Of a DNA stretch of 64,000 nucleotides, positions 36,277 through 45,638 are shown piece by piece; the stretch's first letter is position 1; each line of letters begins with the position of its first letter. Under the pieces are notes generated by a model that had not been told where the DNA came from, did not search any database, and saw only the letters and a program-made list of their open reading frames with translations. Origin of the DNA: an uncultured Candidatus Peribacteria bacterium (lineage in GTDB: Bacteria > Patescibacteriota > Gracilibacteria > Peribacterales > Peribacteraceae); assembly GCA_964553135.1 (NCBI GenBank), contig CAZKJL010000001.1, positions 563,946 through 627,945 of the forward strand. The letters run 5' to 3'. The translations under genes were made by a program, and so were the position numbers.

Positions 36277-39200
36277 TCGCTTATACGAATCTTCTCCGTG
36301 TTCTTGCACTTAGGATATTTGCTACATCCAAAGAACACTCCATATCGTCCCTTCTTGGGCTTCATTGTGCCTCCACAGCCAGGTAGCGGACACTCGTAAT
36401 GCTGCAAGCTCGTGATATCTATGCTCTCAGTCTTCTGCTTCCGTAGGTTACGAGCATTCGTTTTTGCGCCGCATTCGCTGCATTCAAAATAGACACCGAA
36501 CTTCCCATTCTTCCAAACCGTCTCACCATTGCAATCATCACAGAGAGGATTTTCTTTCTCGTGAATGCTGATGCCCTTTCCTCCCGAAGGAGTACAAACG
36601 AGTTGGGCTATCTGGCTGCATGTCTTCTTCCCAGGGATTCTCAACATGCTTTCTGAGGAGTTTGTATGAGAGAGAATGTTGAGGGAGCCATGCCAGAGAA
36701 TGGAGCCATCAATCACGCAAATCTTTTCATGCATCTTGGAGCGCAGATCAACAGTTACGCCTGTATCTATAAGGGCTTGCACGGCAGGAGTGAGGCCATT
36801 AGCCATGATCTCCCCCAGTTCCTCAATGGGACGGAAAACAAGGCGTATCAACACTCCACGCCTCTGGGCATCCTTCAGGAGTTCTACCCACCTACTAAGG
36901 CCATTGAGCGTCACGAATGGTGAGAAGATCGTGATGGATTTCTCCGCCTTCTGGATGTCTTGGGTGAATGCAGGATAGAAACTGCCTTCATTGAAAGCCC
37001 CTGCACTATCCATATCCAGCTTGAGCTTTGTTTTCGTGAGACGGTCTAGAGCGTCATGCCAGTCCTGATCGCCAATGGGTAACAGTTCGCGCACATCCAG
37101 CGGAGAGCCGTGCTTCTCAAAGTATTTCAGGATGTTCAATACCAACATGCCTTCCTTGGCGGTTCTCCGTAGGAACTCAAAATTGGCCACGAGGATGATA
37201 TGTTCCTTGGCGCGGCTGAAAGCCACATTCAGCAGTCTTCCGCCTTCCTCCTCTCTCTGTGATGCTGAGAGGAACCGCCCCAAGCGCACACCCTCTGAGT
37301 CCGTGAGATCAACAATCATTGTCTCTTTCTCATTCCCTTGGAAACGGTGAACGGTAGAAGCAAATGTTGCTGGCCTTCCCAGCTTATCCTCTATGAGTGA
37401 AGCAATGAGCTTCGTTTGCGCCGCATACGGAGACACAATGCCTAGTGTTTTATTTTCCTCATCTGCCTGAGGTAAATATTTCTTTTTAGCGAAGAAAGAA
37501 ACGATGTTACGAATGAGGAGCGCATGGAACAGGTTGTAGCGCGAATACCCTCCCAGTTTCATGGAAGCCCACGGATGGAATGCGGACGTATCAACGTATA
37601 ACAAAGGCTCTTTGGAAAGGGGCATCTTGGAGACATTCTTCCCTACGCTCACATCTGGAATCAGAGGATGATCGTAGTAGAAATGTTCATTGATGCAGTC
37701 ACAGATGGCTTTCTTCATACGGAACTGAATCTGGAGCGCACAAAGGTACTCAGGAGGCTTCTTGGACTGCACTTTCTCAGGAATGCCAGCCATCTCAAAC
37801 ACGTCTTTCTTGAGCCATTCCAGAGCCTTTGGCTCATCAGACATGACAATGGGTGAAAGCTGTCTGAAGTCCCCAGCGATGACCACGGATTGCGTAGCAA
37901 GCCCAGAGGCGTAATACGTCATGGGAAGCATGACCATGGAGGCTTCATCCACGATCACCACATCAAACTCTCTATGCAGATGCGACTCTAAGAACGTCCT
38001 GTAGACGGTTGTAGCCAGGATGCGGCAGTTCTTGAGTACCTGTTCACGGACGGCTGCTAACTGGGTATCAATCTCCTTCACTTGGAGGTACAGATTCTCA
38101 ATCTGCTTCTCTGTAGTGGCAATGGAGGAAGGATACGATACAACGTTAGGATGCTCCTTGAGCTTCGCTTCAATATCCTTCGTCAGTGCCTCTAGCTCAT
38201 CTGCTTCCTTCCCTGCATTGGCAACAGCCTTATCAATCTCTGATGCTGCGTCCACTGAGGATTTCCGCATGATCTCCGCTTGGCTCATCTCTCGCATGAT
38301 CTTTTCTGGATGCAAACCCAGCACCATGCGCTTGAGGGAGCCAGCGTTCTTCGCTCGTGCCAACTTCTCCTCCAAGGAGTCCTTTTTAGTCTGATACTGA
38401 GATATCTTTGCCGCCAACCCAGAGCGTTTCTGCTGATGGGCTTGGAGGGTCTTTGCGGAGAATTCCATCTTCTTTTCCGCATCCTTCAGTGCCTGATGGA
38501 AGCGGATGGCTTCTTGCATCGGCTGTATCTGTCCCTCTAGGTGTGAGATTTCCAGTACGAGCTTCTGCCTTTCCCCCTGTAGTCCTTCACTCAGGCGTTC
38601 CACGATCTCATCAATGAGCACTTGTTTGCCATGCTTCTCAATCAGTTCCACCTTCATGGCTGGCCCCAAGCGGATGACTGAGCCGCGTTGATACTCCTCA
38701 TCTGTCACTAAGCGCTCAGCGACTTTTTCCAGAGCAGTATCCACGGCAATGTTCGTATTGGATACGAGTAGCACGGAAAGCCCTTTGCGATAGAAGCCTT
38801 CTACGACTCGTGCCAGCGTTGTGGTCTTCCCTGTTCCTGGCGGCCCCCAGACATAGGTAACTTCACTGCCAAGAGAACGGCGGATGATTCTCTGCTTCTC
38901 CTCATTCATGCCGCCAAGCAGCGTCTCATCTAGCTCAGCATCAGCAGAGGCTATATTTCCTTCTCCAATGACCTTCTCAGCGAGTCCAGCGTTAAAAGCT
39001 GCCTCTCCGCTCTGCACTTCACCCAGACGCTCCTTGAGGCGTTCTAGAAGGAACGAGTTATCAATGATGATTCGCGCACTGGAGATCGTGTCTCCAAGAT
39101 CAGCCTCCAATGCCACGATCAATACGCCCTCATTCGTAGAAACGATGATGCCTGGGATATCATCTTTCCCACAGGCAAGGCGTATGGGTGAATCATCTTT

Positions 39201-39374
39201 CAACTGCGTACCTTCAATATCTTCTGAGAGAGGAAAGCGATAGAGGGTGTTTGTCCCTTCAGTCTGTAGGCGTTCTCCTCCGCGCACAGTGATTTGTTGA
39301 GAGTTACCTTTCTTGCGAATGGCGGCAACCTCTAGGCCCAAAGCCTCAATCATGTGCGTTAGATTGTCCGCCAT
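36273..39374 (-). CDS. SF1 (Upf1/DNA2-like, COG1112-type) helicase fused to a PLD/HKD nuclease domain and two topoisomerase-type zinc ribbons; Mokosh type II-like
   Basis: Walker A GPPGTGKT (aa 177-184), coiled-coil insertion, motif II VVIVDEASMV, FRMKK and VHRFQGNEKE helicase motifs, a single HKD motif MHEKICVIDGSILWHGSLN (about aa 881-899), then CDDC...CSEC and CPLPGC...GCSKYPKC ribbons. Confidence 0.8.
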   Translation of the reverse strand: MADNLTHMIEALGLEVAAIRKKGNSQQITVRGGERLQTEGTNTLYRFPLSEDIEGTQLKDDSPIRLACGKDDIPGIIVSTNEGVLIVALEADLGDTISSARIIIDNSFLLERLKERLGEVQSGEAAFNAGLAEKVIGEGNIASADAELDETLLGGMNEEKQRIIRRSLGSEVTYVWGPPGTGKTTTLARVVEGFYRKGLSVLLVSNTNIAVDTALEKVAERLVTDEEYQRGSVIRLGPAMKVELIEKHGKQVLIDEIVERLSEGLQGERQKLVLEISHLEGQIQPMQEAIRFHQALKDAEKKMEFSAKTLQAHQQKRSGLAAKISQYQTKKDSLEEKLARAKNAGSLKRMVLGLHPEKIMREMSQAEIMRKSSVDAASEIDKAVANAGKEADELEALTKDIEAKLKEHPNVVSYPSSIATTEKQIENLYLQVKEIDTQLAAVREQVLKNCRILATTVYRTFLESHLHREFDVVIVDEASMVMLPMTYYASGLATQSVVIAGDFRQLSPIVMSDEPKALEWLKKDVFEMAGIPEKVQSKKPPEYLCALQIQFRMKKAICDCINEHFYYDHPLIPDVSVGKNVSKMPLSKEPLLYVDTSAFHPWASMKLGGYSRYNLFHALLIRNIVSFFAKKKYLPQADEENKTLGIVSPYAAQTKLIASLIEDKLGRPATFASTVHRFQGNEKETMIVDLTDSEGVRLGRFLSASQREEEGGRLLNVAFSRAKEHIILVANFEFLRRTAKEGMLVLNILKYFEKHGSPLDVRELLPIGDQDWHDALDRLTKTKLKLDMDSAGAFNEGSFYPAFTQDIQKAEKSITIFSPFVTLNGLSRWVELLKDAQRRGVLIRLVFRPIEELGEIMANGLTPAVQALIDTGVTVDLRSKMHEKICVIDGSILWHGSLNILSHTNSSESMLRIPGKKTCSQIAQLVCTPSGGKGISIHEKENPLCDDCNGETVWKNGKFGVYFECSECGAKTNARNLRKQKTESIDITSLQHYECPLPGCGGTMKPKKGRYGVFFGCSKYPKCKNTEKIRISD

Positions 39375-39381
39375 AGTTAAT

Positions 39382-41487
39382 TTAGTAGTTGTAATCCTTC
39401 ATGCAGTAGCTGCCGTTAAGTGAATAGCCAGCGTTACAAAGGCATCTCTCATCCTCAACGCTGAAATATCCACCAGTCCCACAATACGATTTACGAACAC
39501 AACTGCCGTCCTTTGGGTAGTAATCGCTATCGCAGATGCAGCCACCAGTCTGCTGATTGAAGGTTCCGCCGTAGCAAGAAGGCTCTCTCACACAGCTTCC
39601 ATTCTGCTTGTAGTAGCCCTCATCACAATCACATGCGCCCGTCTGTCTGTTGTAGGTTCCGCTATAGCCACAAGCAAGGTATTCACTGATGCATGTGCCG
39701 CCCTGTGATACATATCCAGTGTTGCAGTAGCACTTCCCAGCATCCTCATCAAAACTGCTGTTATATGGACAATCCACTTCTTCGTAGCATTTTCCATCTT
39801 TAACGTAGTAACCGTAATCACATTCACACTGTTTTGCCGTGTAATTAAACGTGCTGTTTGAGACGCAGTTTGGAACCTTTACACATGTATTGTTATTGGC
39901 GTAGTAGCCAGTATTACAAACACAGCTTGCCTCTGCGTAGCTATAGAAAGCATTGGAGCCAAATTCTGAGCAATCATGCGTTGGAGTGGGTGCAGGAGGT
40001 GGAGTGCTAATGGTCGGAGTGGGAGGCGTTGTTTCACGATAGGTTGGCTGTTGCTGTGGAGTGCCAGACGTTCCGCTATTGAAATCAGAGGGGTCAAGAT
40101 AAGCCACACCTCTATGGCTCTCTGGGATGTTGCCCAAGAACGTCTCAACGCTGCTTGCTCCAATGGCAAACTTTACGCCATCAATGCTAAGGGTATTTAC
40201 GCCCACTACTTCACTTGCCGTATTCAATAGCGGCCCTCCAGAGTTACCATGAGTGATCTCCGCATCTGTTTGTATGAACTCCATCCCAGAATTAGAGGTG
40301 CGAACGGCACTAATAATTCCCTTTGTGATGCTCTCTGTGAAAGACTGAGGGCTACCGACTGCAAACACAGTCTGCCCCTGCCTTGCTGTTGATTGCAGGG
40401 ACAACGATGGAAATGGACTGGGATAATCCACAACAAAATCACCATTTTGGAGTACGAGATTCGTAACAGCCAATGCAGCAAGATCATTTGTTCCTCCACC
40501 TGTTGCAATTACCTGTGCAATACGCGCACGTTTCTGATCATCAACGATAATTACAGGAGGGCCAGAGCCAAGTGCATAGGTTCTATCTTCATAGGCAACA
40601 GGCTCAACAACGTGGAAGTTTGTAATGAGTGTGTAGTCATCAATGAAAAAGGCTGTTCCTTGCGAAACCGTATCATCGCCGCCTGGAACGATGACTGTAA
40701 CTACAGATGGAAGTGCTTTAGTAAGAACTTTAGAGGCATCGCCATCCTGTCTCCTAATTCGCTCTAGCTCCGCTTCAGCCTCATCCGTTTTCCCTCTCAA
40801 TTCATCCTGAACTTGCTGAGCTTCCCTGAGCAATTGGCTCACGCTGTTCTCAGGAGTGGCAATGCTGACTTTGATTTCTTCTTGTTTCTCCAGGGTGAAT
40901 TTTTGGGCTTCTGCAAGTTCAGAATCAGTCATACTCTTTTTGAGTTCCTCAAGAGCTATATCAGCTTTTTCATGCCCTTGAGCCTTAGCTAGACTCCACC
41001 AAACATAGGCCTTTGATCTACTCTCAGGTGCGCCCTTCCCTGACTCAAACACAATTCCCAAGTAGTACTGAGCCTCAGCATTTCCTTGATGCCCAGCCTT
41101 AGCGAACCATTCTTTCGCAGTGGGGAAATCCTGAGCAACTGCCTCTCCTCTGTAGTAGAGCAAACCCAGAATCAATTGAGCGGTTACGTTGCCCTGTTCT
41201 GCTGAGCGGCTTAGCCATTGAACAGATGTTGCAGCGTCTTTAGGTACTTCATTTTTCCCTACGAAAAATAATCCTGCCAAAGCCAATTGTGACTCCGCAT
41301 TCCCATCATTGGCGGATTTACGGAGAGCGACCATGTCTGTACTAGCCTCTGCCTTAGGGAAAGGGAGATCAGTTGTGCGATCTGCGAATGCACGAACTGA
41401 AAGAATTGCTAGAACGACAATAGAAAGACAGACTATGCTTCCCCCTATGACTAAGCCAATTTTAGAAGTATCAGGCTTGAGCGGCAT
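39382..41487 (-). CDS. Membrane-anchored Sel1-repeat / trypsin-like serine protease / Cys-rich-repeat protein
   Basis: N-terminal TM helix. Sel1 repeats (GNAESQLALAGLF, GNVTAQLILGLLYY, GNAEAQYYLGIVF). Coiled coil. Protease triad contexts TNFHVV, NDLAALAV, GNSGGPL. Pro-rich linker. Six repeats of about 32 aa with four cysteines each (C-x-C-x2-GYY-x4-6-C). Confidence 0.75.
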   Translation of the reverse strand: MPLKPDTSKIGLVIGGSIVCLSIVVLAILSVRAFADRTTDLPFPKAEASTDMVALRKSANDGNAESQLALAGLFFVGKNEVPKDAATSVQWLSRSAEQGNVTAQLILGLLYYRGEAVAQDFPTAKEWFAKAGHQGNAEAQYYLGIVFESGKGAPESRSKAYVWWSLAKAQGHEKADIALEELKKSMTDSELAEAQKFTLEKQEEIKVSIATPENSVSQLLREAQQVQDELRGKTDEAEAELERIRRQDGDASKVLTKALPSVVTVIVPGGDDTVSQGTAFFIDDYTLITNFHVVEPVAYEDRTYALGSGPPVIIVDDQKRARIAQVIATGGGTNDLAALAVTNLVLQNGDFVVDYPSPFPSLSLQSTARQGQTVFAVGSPQSFTESITKGIISAVRTSNSGMEFIQTDAEITHGNSGGPLLNTASEVVGVNTLSIDGVKFAIGASSVETFLGNIPESHRGVAYLDPSDFNSGTSGTPQQQPTYRETTPPTPTISTPPPAPTPTHDCSEFGSNAFYSYAEASCVCNTGYYANNNTCVKVPNCVSNSTFNYTAKQCECDYGYYVKDGKCYEEVDCPYNSSFDEDAGKCYCNTGYVSQGGTCISEYLACGYSGTYNRQTGACDCDEGYYKQNGSCVREPSCYGGTFNQQTGGCICDSDYYPKDGSCVRKSYCGTGGYFSVEDERCLCNAGYSLNGSYCMKDYNY

Positions 41488-42616
41488 GGTGTGAGTTTTG
41501 GAAATTTTGATATGCGAACGTGCCGCGCACTCCGTTTATTAAACCAAAAAGGAATACTATTGCGATTCCAATACCCGCTCCGCTGATCTGTCCTTCTGAA
41601 AACTGGAATGTCTTTTCAAGGATGAAGAGTACCAATCCAGCCACCGCTGCCGTACGAGAATAGAACTGCATACCTAATCCAATGACAGCAAAGAGAAGGG
41701 CATCCAACATTGCCCACGCATCAATACCACCTATGGATTGATCTGTAGCCAACGCAAACAGTGCAACTCCAGCAGTGAGAACCGCGATGACATACGCAAC
41801 TCCATAACCTTGCGCCACTGCCTTCTTCGCGCTCTCTATTGAATCAATTGTTAGGAACCACTGATTAGATGTTTTCTTCTTAGATGCAGTTACTATAGGA
41901 GTGGAAGCTGCCTTGGCAGATTGTTTTTTAGGAATGTCCATTTTCGTAGTAAAACCTTCCTGTTTCTTCCCCAAAAAATTGAGTTCCTTGGGGCCAAGGA
42001 TGCCAACACTGTATCCTGCTTTCTTCACCATTTTTATAGCATCTGCATACGCACAGAAGAACGCGATAATGCCAATGATGCCACCTAGAAGCAGTGAGCC
42101 TATAGCAGCGTATTTCCATGCGGATTTCCAGACCAATATCTCAATGGCAATCATGCAGTAAACGACTCCCAAGAATATAAGACCAGCAATCCCTGCTACA
42201 AAATCACTGTTAAGAATTGCAGCAAGAATAAGGCCAAGAATTCCACCCAGGAAAAAGACATTGCACCACTTCAGATGAACAGCGACCTTATCGGCTTTAC
42301 CGCTCTCTGATGGAACTGTTTTAACCAAAGCTGCTTTGGGTGGAGTGTGCGCTTGCGCTTTATGACTTCCAAAGCCCACATAAAGAACACAGTGGTATAA
42401 GCCCACTGCTACCAGATACACAACGAGGGGAAAAATGATGATTGCAGTCTTATCGTCCTCCTCCAGGGTCAATAAAATACCCAACAGCAAAGCCAATCCC
42501 GTGCCTCCTAAAATGAAAACTTCAGCGAGTCTGTTCCACCATTTTTCTTGTACTTCAAGCCTACGCGGAAACAGGGGCAGTTTCATAGCTTCAAAGATTA
42601 CAGGAGATGTAAGCAA
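41471..42616 (-). CDS. Multi-pass membrane protein (hypothetical)
   Basis: About 9-10 hydrophobic helices with a Lys-rich cytoplasmic linker. 17-nt overlap with the downstream protease gene. Confidence 0.6.
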   Translation of the reverse strand: MLTSPVIFEAMKLPLFPRRLEVQEKWWNRLAEVFILGGTGLALLLGILLTLEEDDKTAIIIFPLVVYLVAVGLYHCVLYVGFGSHKAQAHTPPKAALVKTVPSESGKADKVAVHLKWCNVFFLGGILGLILAAILNSDFVAGIAGLIFLGVVYCMIAIEILVWKSAWKYAAIGSLLLGGIIGIIAFFCAYADAIKMVKKAGYSVGILGPKELNFLGKKQEGFTTKMDIPKKQSAKAASTPIVTASKKKTSNQWFLTIDSIESAKKAVAQGYGVAYVIAVLTAGVALFALATDQSIGGIDAWAMLDALLFAVIGLGMQFYSRTAAVAGLVLFILEKTFQFSEGQISGAGIGIAIVFLFGLINGVRGTFAYQNFQNSHHAAQA

Positions 42617-42687
42617 GCACCAAGGCTAGATCGCATCGGAGGGGCTTATCCTATGCCAAGCACTGACGTTCTTTTCTACGCTCTAAC

Positions 42688-42900
42688 TCAGCGTCCGTGC
42701 TTAATTCGTGGGTCTTTCTTAGCTCTCTTCTGTCGTTCTTTATTGAACTCAGCAACATCAGCCTCTAGGAAAATTTTCCCAGCCGCTGTGTCTTGGAAGC
42801 GCAGTTTTCCCTTTTTAATCAATTCGTTAACTCTTGGCCTAGAGATGCCAAGGATACGAGCCACATCACCTATGCTTAAGACCTTTGGAAAGTTGTTCAT
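42688..42900 (-). CDS. Excisionase/MerR-type helix-turn-helix DNA-binding protein
   Basis: LSIGDVARILGISRPRVNELIKKGKLRF is an HTH_17-like pattern. Start at MNNFPKV. Confidence 0.65.
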   Translation of the reverse strand: MNNFPKVLSIGDVARILGISRPRVNELIKKGKLRFQDTAAGKIFLEADVAEFNKERQKRAKKDPRIKHGR

Positions 42901-43006
42901 AAAAAGCCAAACGTAGCGAAAACTCACACTATCGCTTGACTTTCTGTTTAGGTAGTTTGCACATAGATACTATCCATATAGAAAGGAGTCTGATAAATTA
43001 ACTTCC

Positions 43007-43408
43007 ATGTTTTCCATAAAGCACACCTTCGCCGTAATCCTTTCTATGATCGTTCTAGTCTCTTGCACCAAAGGGACAGACCCTAAGCTCTTGCAGGACG
43101 TGAGTACCTACAACGCCACTACACATCAGCAATACATGGAAACGTATCTGTCTTTTGTTGTGGCTCTTAAAGCAGGGGGATACGAGGAAACAGGAGACAG
43201 CATCAATAAATTCATGACGATTCAAGAGACTGCATCTGCGTTCTGGAAAGGGCTTGAGGTTCCTCCTGAGGCAGAAGGATACAAAGTACAAATGCTGGAT
43301 TCATTTGTAGGAGCCAAGGCAATAGACAAGCGATATGAGCAATACACCCAGGCCTATAAGTCGTTTCTCCAAACAGTATTTCCCAAAGGAGAAATCGCTT
43401 CTCAGTAA
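43007..43408 (+). CDS. Lipoprotein (hypothetical)
   Basis: Signal plus lipobox LVSCTKG. 133 aa. Confidence 0.5.
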   Translation: MFSIKHTFAVILSMIVLVSCTKGTDPKLLQDVSTYNATTHQQYMETYLSFVVALKAGGYEETGDSINKFMTIQETASAFWKGLEVPPEAEGYKVQMLDSFVGAKAIDKRYEQYTQAYKSFLQTVFPKGEIASQ

Positions 43409-43428
43409 GTCATTCCTTTCCTTTGCAT

Positions 43429-44586
43429 ATGGCTCCCAAGCCCAACATCCATAAACGTATCGCGCTCAGTTTTGGCGGATTCTTCCTGCTGCTTATGGCC
43501 TCCACTTCGTTTCTAGGTGCAGCAGAGCCAGTGATCACGGTTCCTCCAACTCAAGTCTATGCCAAAGGGAATCTTACCCTCACAGGCAGCATCACAGCGG
43601 ATTGCTTCTGCACAGTTAAGGCAACGCTGAGACTCGTGGAGGATTCAGGCAAGCCCTATGACCCCAAGGTAGTGGATGCAGCACTAGAGTTGAATGAGCA
43701 TGGGCAGTTCACCCATACTCTGTCTCTCGTAAACGATGAAAAGGATTCTGCCATCGGCATCACAGCAGAAGTCTCCCCTCGCTTCTGGTTCGGCTCACAG
43801 AAGACGGGCAAGGCATCAATCACTGTGAAGCCTCAGGAGACACCTATAGAGCTTGTAGACGCTCCTACGGAGTGGAAGGACAGAGAGATCATATTCACGC
43901 TCAAGCTGCTCTCAGGCTCCTCCGTAGACCTTAAGGGAGGACTGGCCACAGTACTAAGCAGTGAGCAGTATCCCTTCAAAGCAGAGTGGGCAGATATTCC
44001 AGGTTCCACGGATAGCAGGAAATTGGTGACGCTCAAAGGAGCGTTTGATACCGACTACAATCAGGAGTTTGAGGGGTTCAAGTTCACTGTGAAGGCGAAG
44101 GGCTACAAGACGCATGAAGAGACGATCAGGGTGAATAACCAGAACTACGATGCCAAGAGGGTTGCGGCGGACAAAGAGGCAAGCCAGAGAGAAATGAAGC
44201 TCCTGACGATGGAGCAGTTCAACTACGGTGACGATATCCAGGTTGCAGTGAGTAGGAACATCCCTAAGAGCAGAACCGTGGGATACAGGTACGTCCTCAA
44301 TCCTGATACATCTCACTTCATCCGCATTCTTGTGAGTGTAAAGAATGCCAGCTTGGGAGAAATCCATGTGAACCCCAACTACATCACGCTCAGAGACAGC
44401 ACTGGCTACACCTACAACCCTGATGAGGCTACCTACGGCCTCAACTATCTGGATGCCATTGATCTCCAGCCAGGCGGCGCAACCTCAGGTTGGCTGGCCT
44501 TCATCGTTCCCAAAGATGAGAAGGAACTGACGCTGATCTACAGCAGCTTTGATGGGACGATAACGAAGAAAATCTATGTGCAATGA
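43429..44586 (+). CDS. Secreted protein with C-terminal DUF4352-like Ig-fold domain
   Basis: Signal peptide. C-terminus ILVSVKNASLGEIHVNPNYITLRDSTGYTYNP...PGGATSGWLAFIVPKDEKELTLIY matches the DUF4352 pattern. Confidence 0.6.
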   Translation: MAPKPNIHKRIALSFGGFFLLLMASTSFLGAAEPVITVPPTQVYAKGNLTLTGSITADCFCTVKATLRLVEDSGKPYDPKVVDAALELNEHGQFTHTLSLVNDEKDSAIGITAEVSPRFWFGSQKTGKASITVKPQETPIELVDAPTEWKDREIIFTLKLLSGSSVDLKGGLATVLSSEQYPFKAEWADIPGSTDSRKLVTLKGAFDTDYNQEFEGFKFTVKAKGYKTHEETIRVNNQNYDAKRVAADKEASQREMKLLTMEQFNYGDDIQVAVSRNIPKSRTVGYRYVLNPDTSHFIRILVSVKNASLGEIHVNPNYITLRDSTGYTYNPDEATYGLNYLDAIDLQPGGATSGWLAFIVPKDEKELTLIYSSFDGTITKKIYVQ

Positions 44587-44864
44587 CCCTACCCCTCCCC
44601 CCACTTCTTTTAGGTTACGTCCTCACAAAGTGGCTTTAGCCCCTCGCGTAGAAAACTGAGCCTCAATGTCTCTCTGTAGACGGCAAATCCAGAGAAACAC
44701 ATAGACGATTTACGCATCAAGACACAGGGCGTATCCGTATCATTGTCAATTTTCGTTGTGCTGATGAGAAGCTGTTTTCGGCTAGAATATGAGTAAACCC
44801 TAAGAGGCGTAGCTGCTTAAGTACATTGTCAACTTACTGCGCTCTCCTTCGTTCCAAGAGGAAT

Positions 44865-45596
44865 ATGTATCAGTTAGAACTACAGCATGAAGACCAAAAA
44901 AGTGACTTACAGAAGCCACGATCTAATACTTTAAGCAAAAATAAATCAAGGATGAGGAAGGACATAGAAGAGCGTATTGGAAAGAGGTGGAGAGAAGTGG
45001 AGGACGATCTTAACAGTCGCATTCAGAACATGACGGAGCGTAGACACTGGCTCATCCGCTCCAGCCCTCAGATGCTTGCGGTTGCAGAGATGATATTGGC
45101 GCAAGAGAAACCCATGAAGATTGTGAGATTTCTACGCATGAAAGATACTCAAAGGTTTGGAGCCAACATCAGCGATGATGCTCTGCTACGACAAGTACTG
45201 CGATTTAAAGAGGAAGTAGTTTCCGCGTTGGAGAATGAAGAAGGGGATGATATTTCTATGAGCCGATTAGATTTCTACGCACGACTGTCAGGGAAGCATG
45301 TTGATATACACGCCATGATGACCAAGTTGATTCTTTTCCAAGAATCCAGACTCTGTATGGTTCTAGAAAAGGAAAATGAATGCACTCATGCCTGGATGAG
45401 AAATAAAGTAGACGGGAAGGCTGAGAAGAGGATGCAAAAAGCATGGAAAGAAGGCGGCAAAGAGCTTGATCTATACTGGAAACTTCTTATGTCCTTGGCT
45501 CTGTATGAAGCAATGAGTGGACGCATGAATCAGGAAGAACACGCGCATCTTCACCAAATCATCCGCACGAACAGAGAGTATTTTCCGCGAAGGTAA
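44865..45596 (+). CDS. Hypothetical protein (element-encoded)
   Basis: Long ORF in the forward gene block of the element. Start at ATG 44865 (a TTG at 44826 is possible). No family recognised. Confidence 0.45.
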   Translation: MYQLELQHEDQKSDLQKPRSNTLSKNKSRMRKDIEERIGKRWREVEDDLNSRIQNMTERRHWLIRSSPQMLAVAEMILAQEKPMKIVRFLRMKDTQRFGANISDDALLRQVLRFKEEVVSALENEEGDDISMSRLDFYARLSGKHVDIHAMMTKLILFQESRLCMVLEKENECTHAWMRNKVDGKAEKRMQKAWKEGGKELDLYWKLLMSLALYEAMSGRMNQEEHAHLHQIIRTNREYFPRR

Positions 45597-45638
45597 TTCA
45601 CTACAATGTGAAGGAGGTAGCAACCGATCTGATGACCT

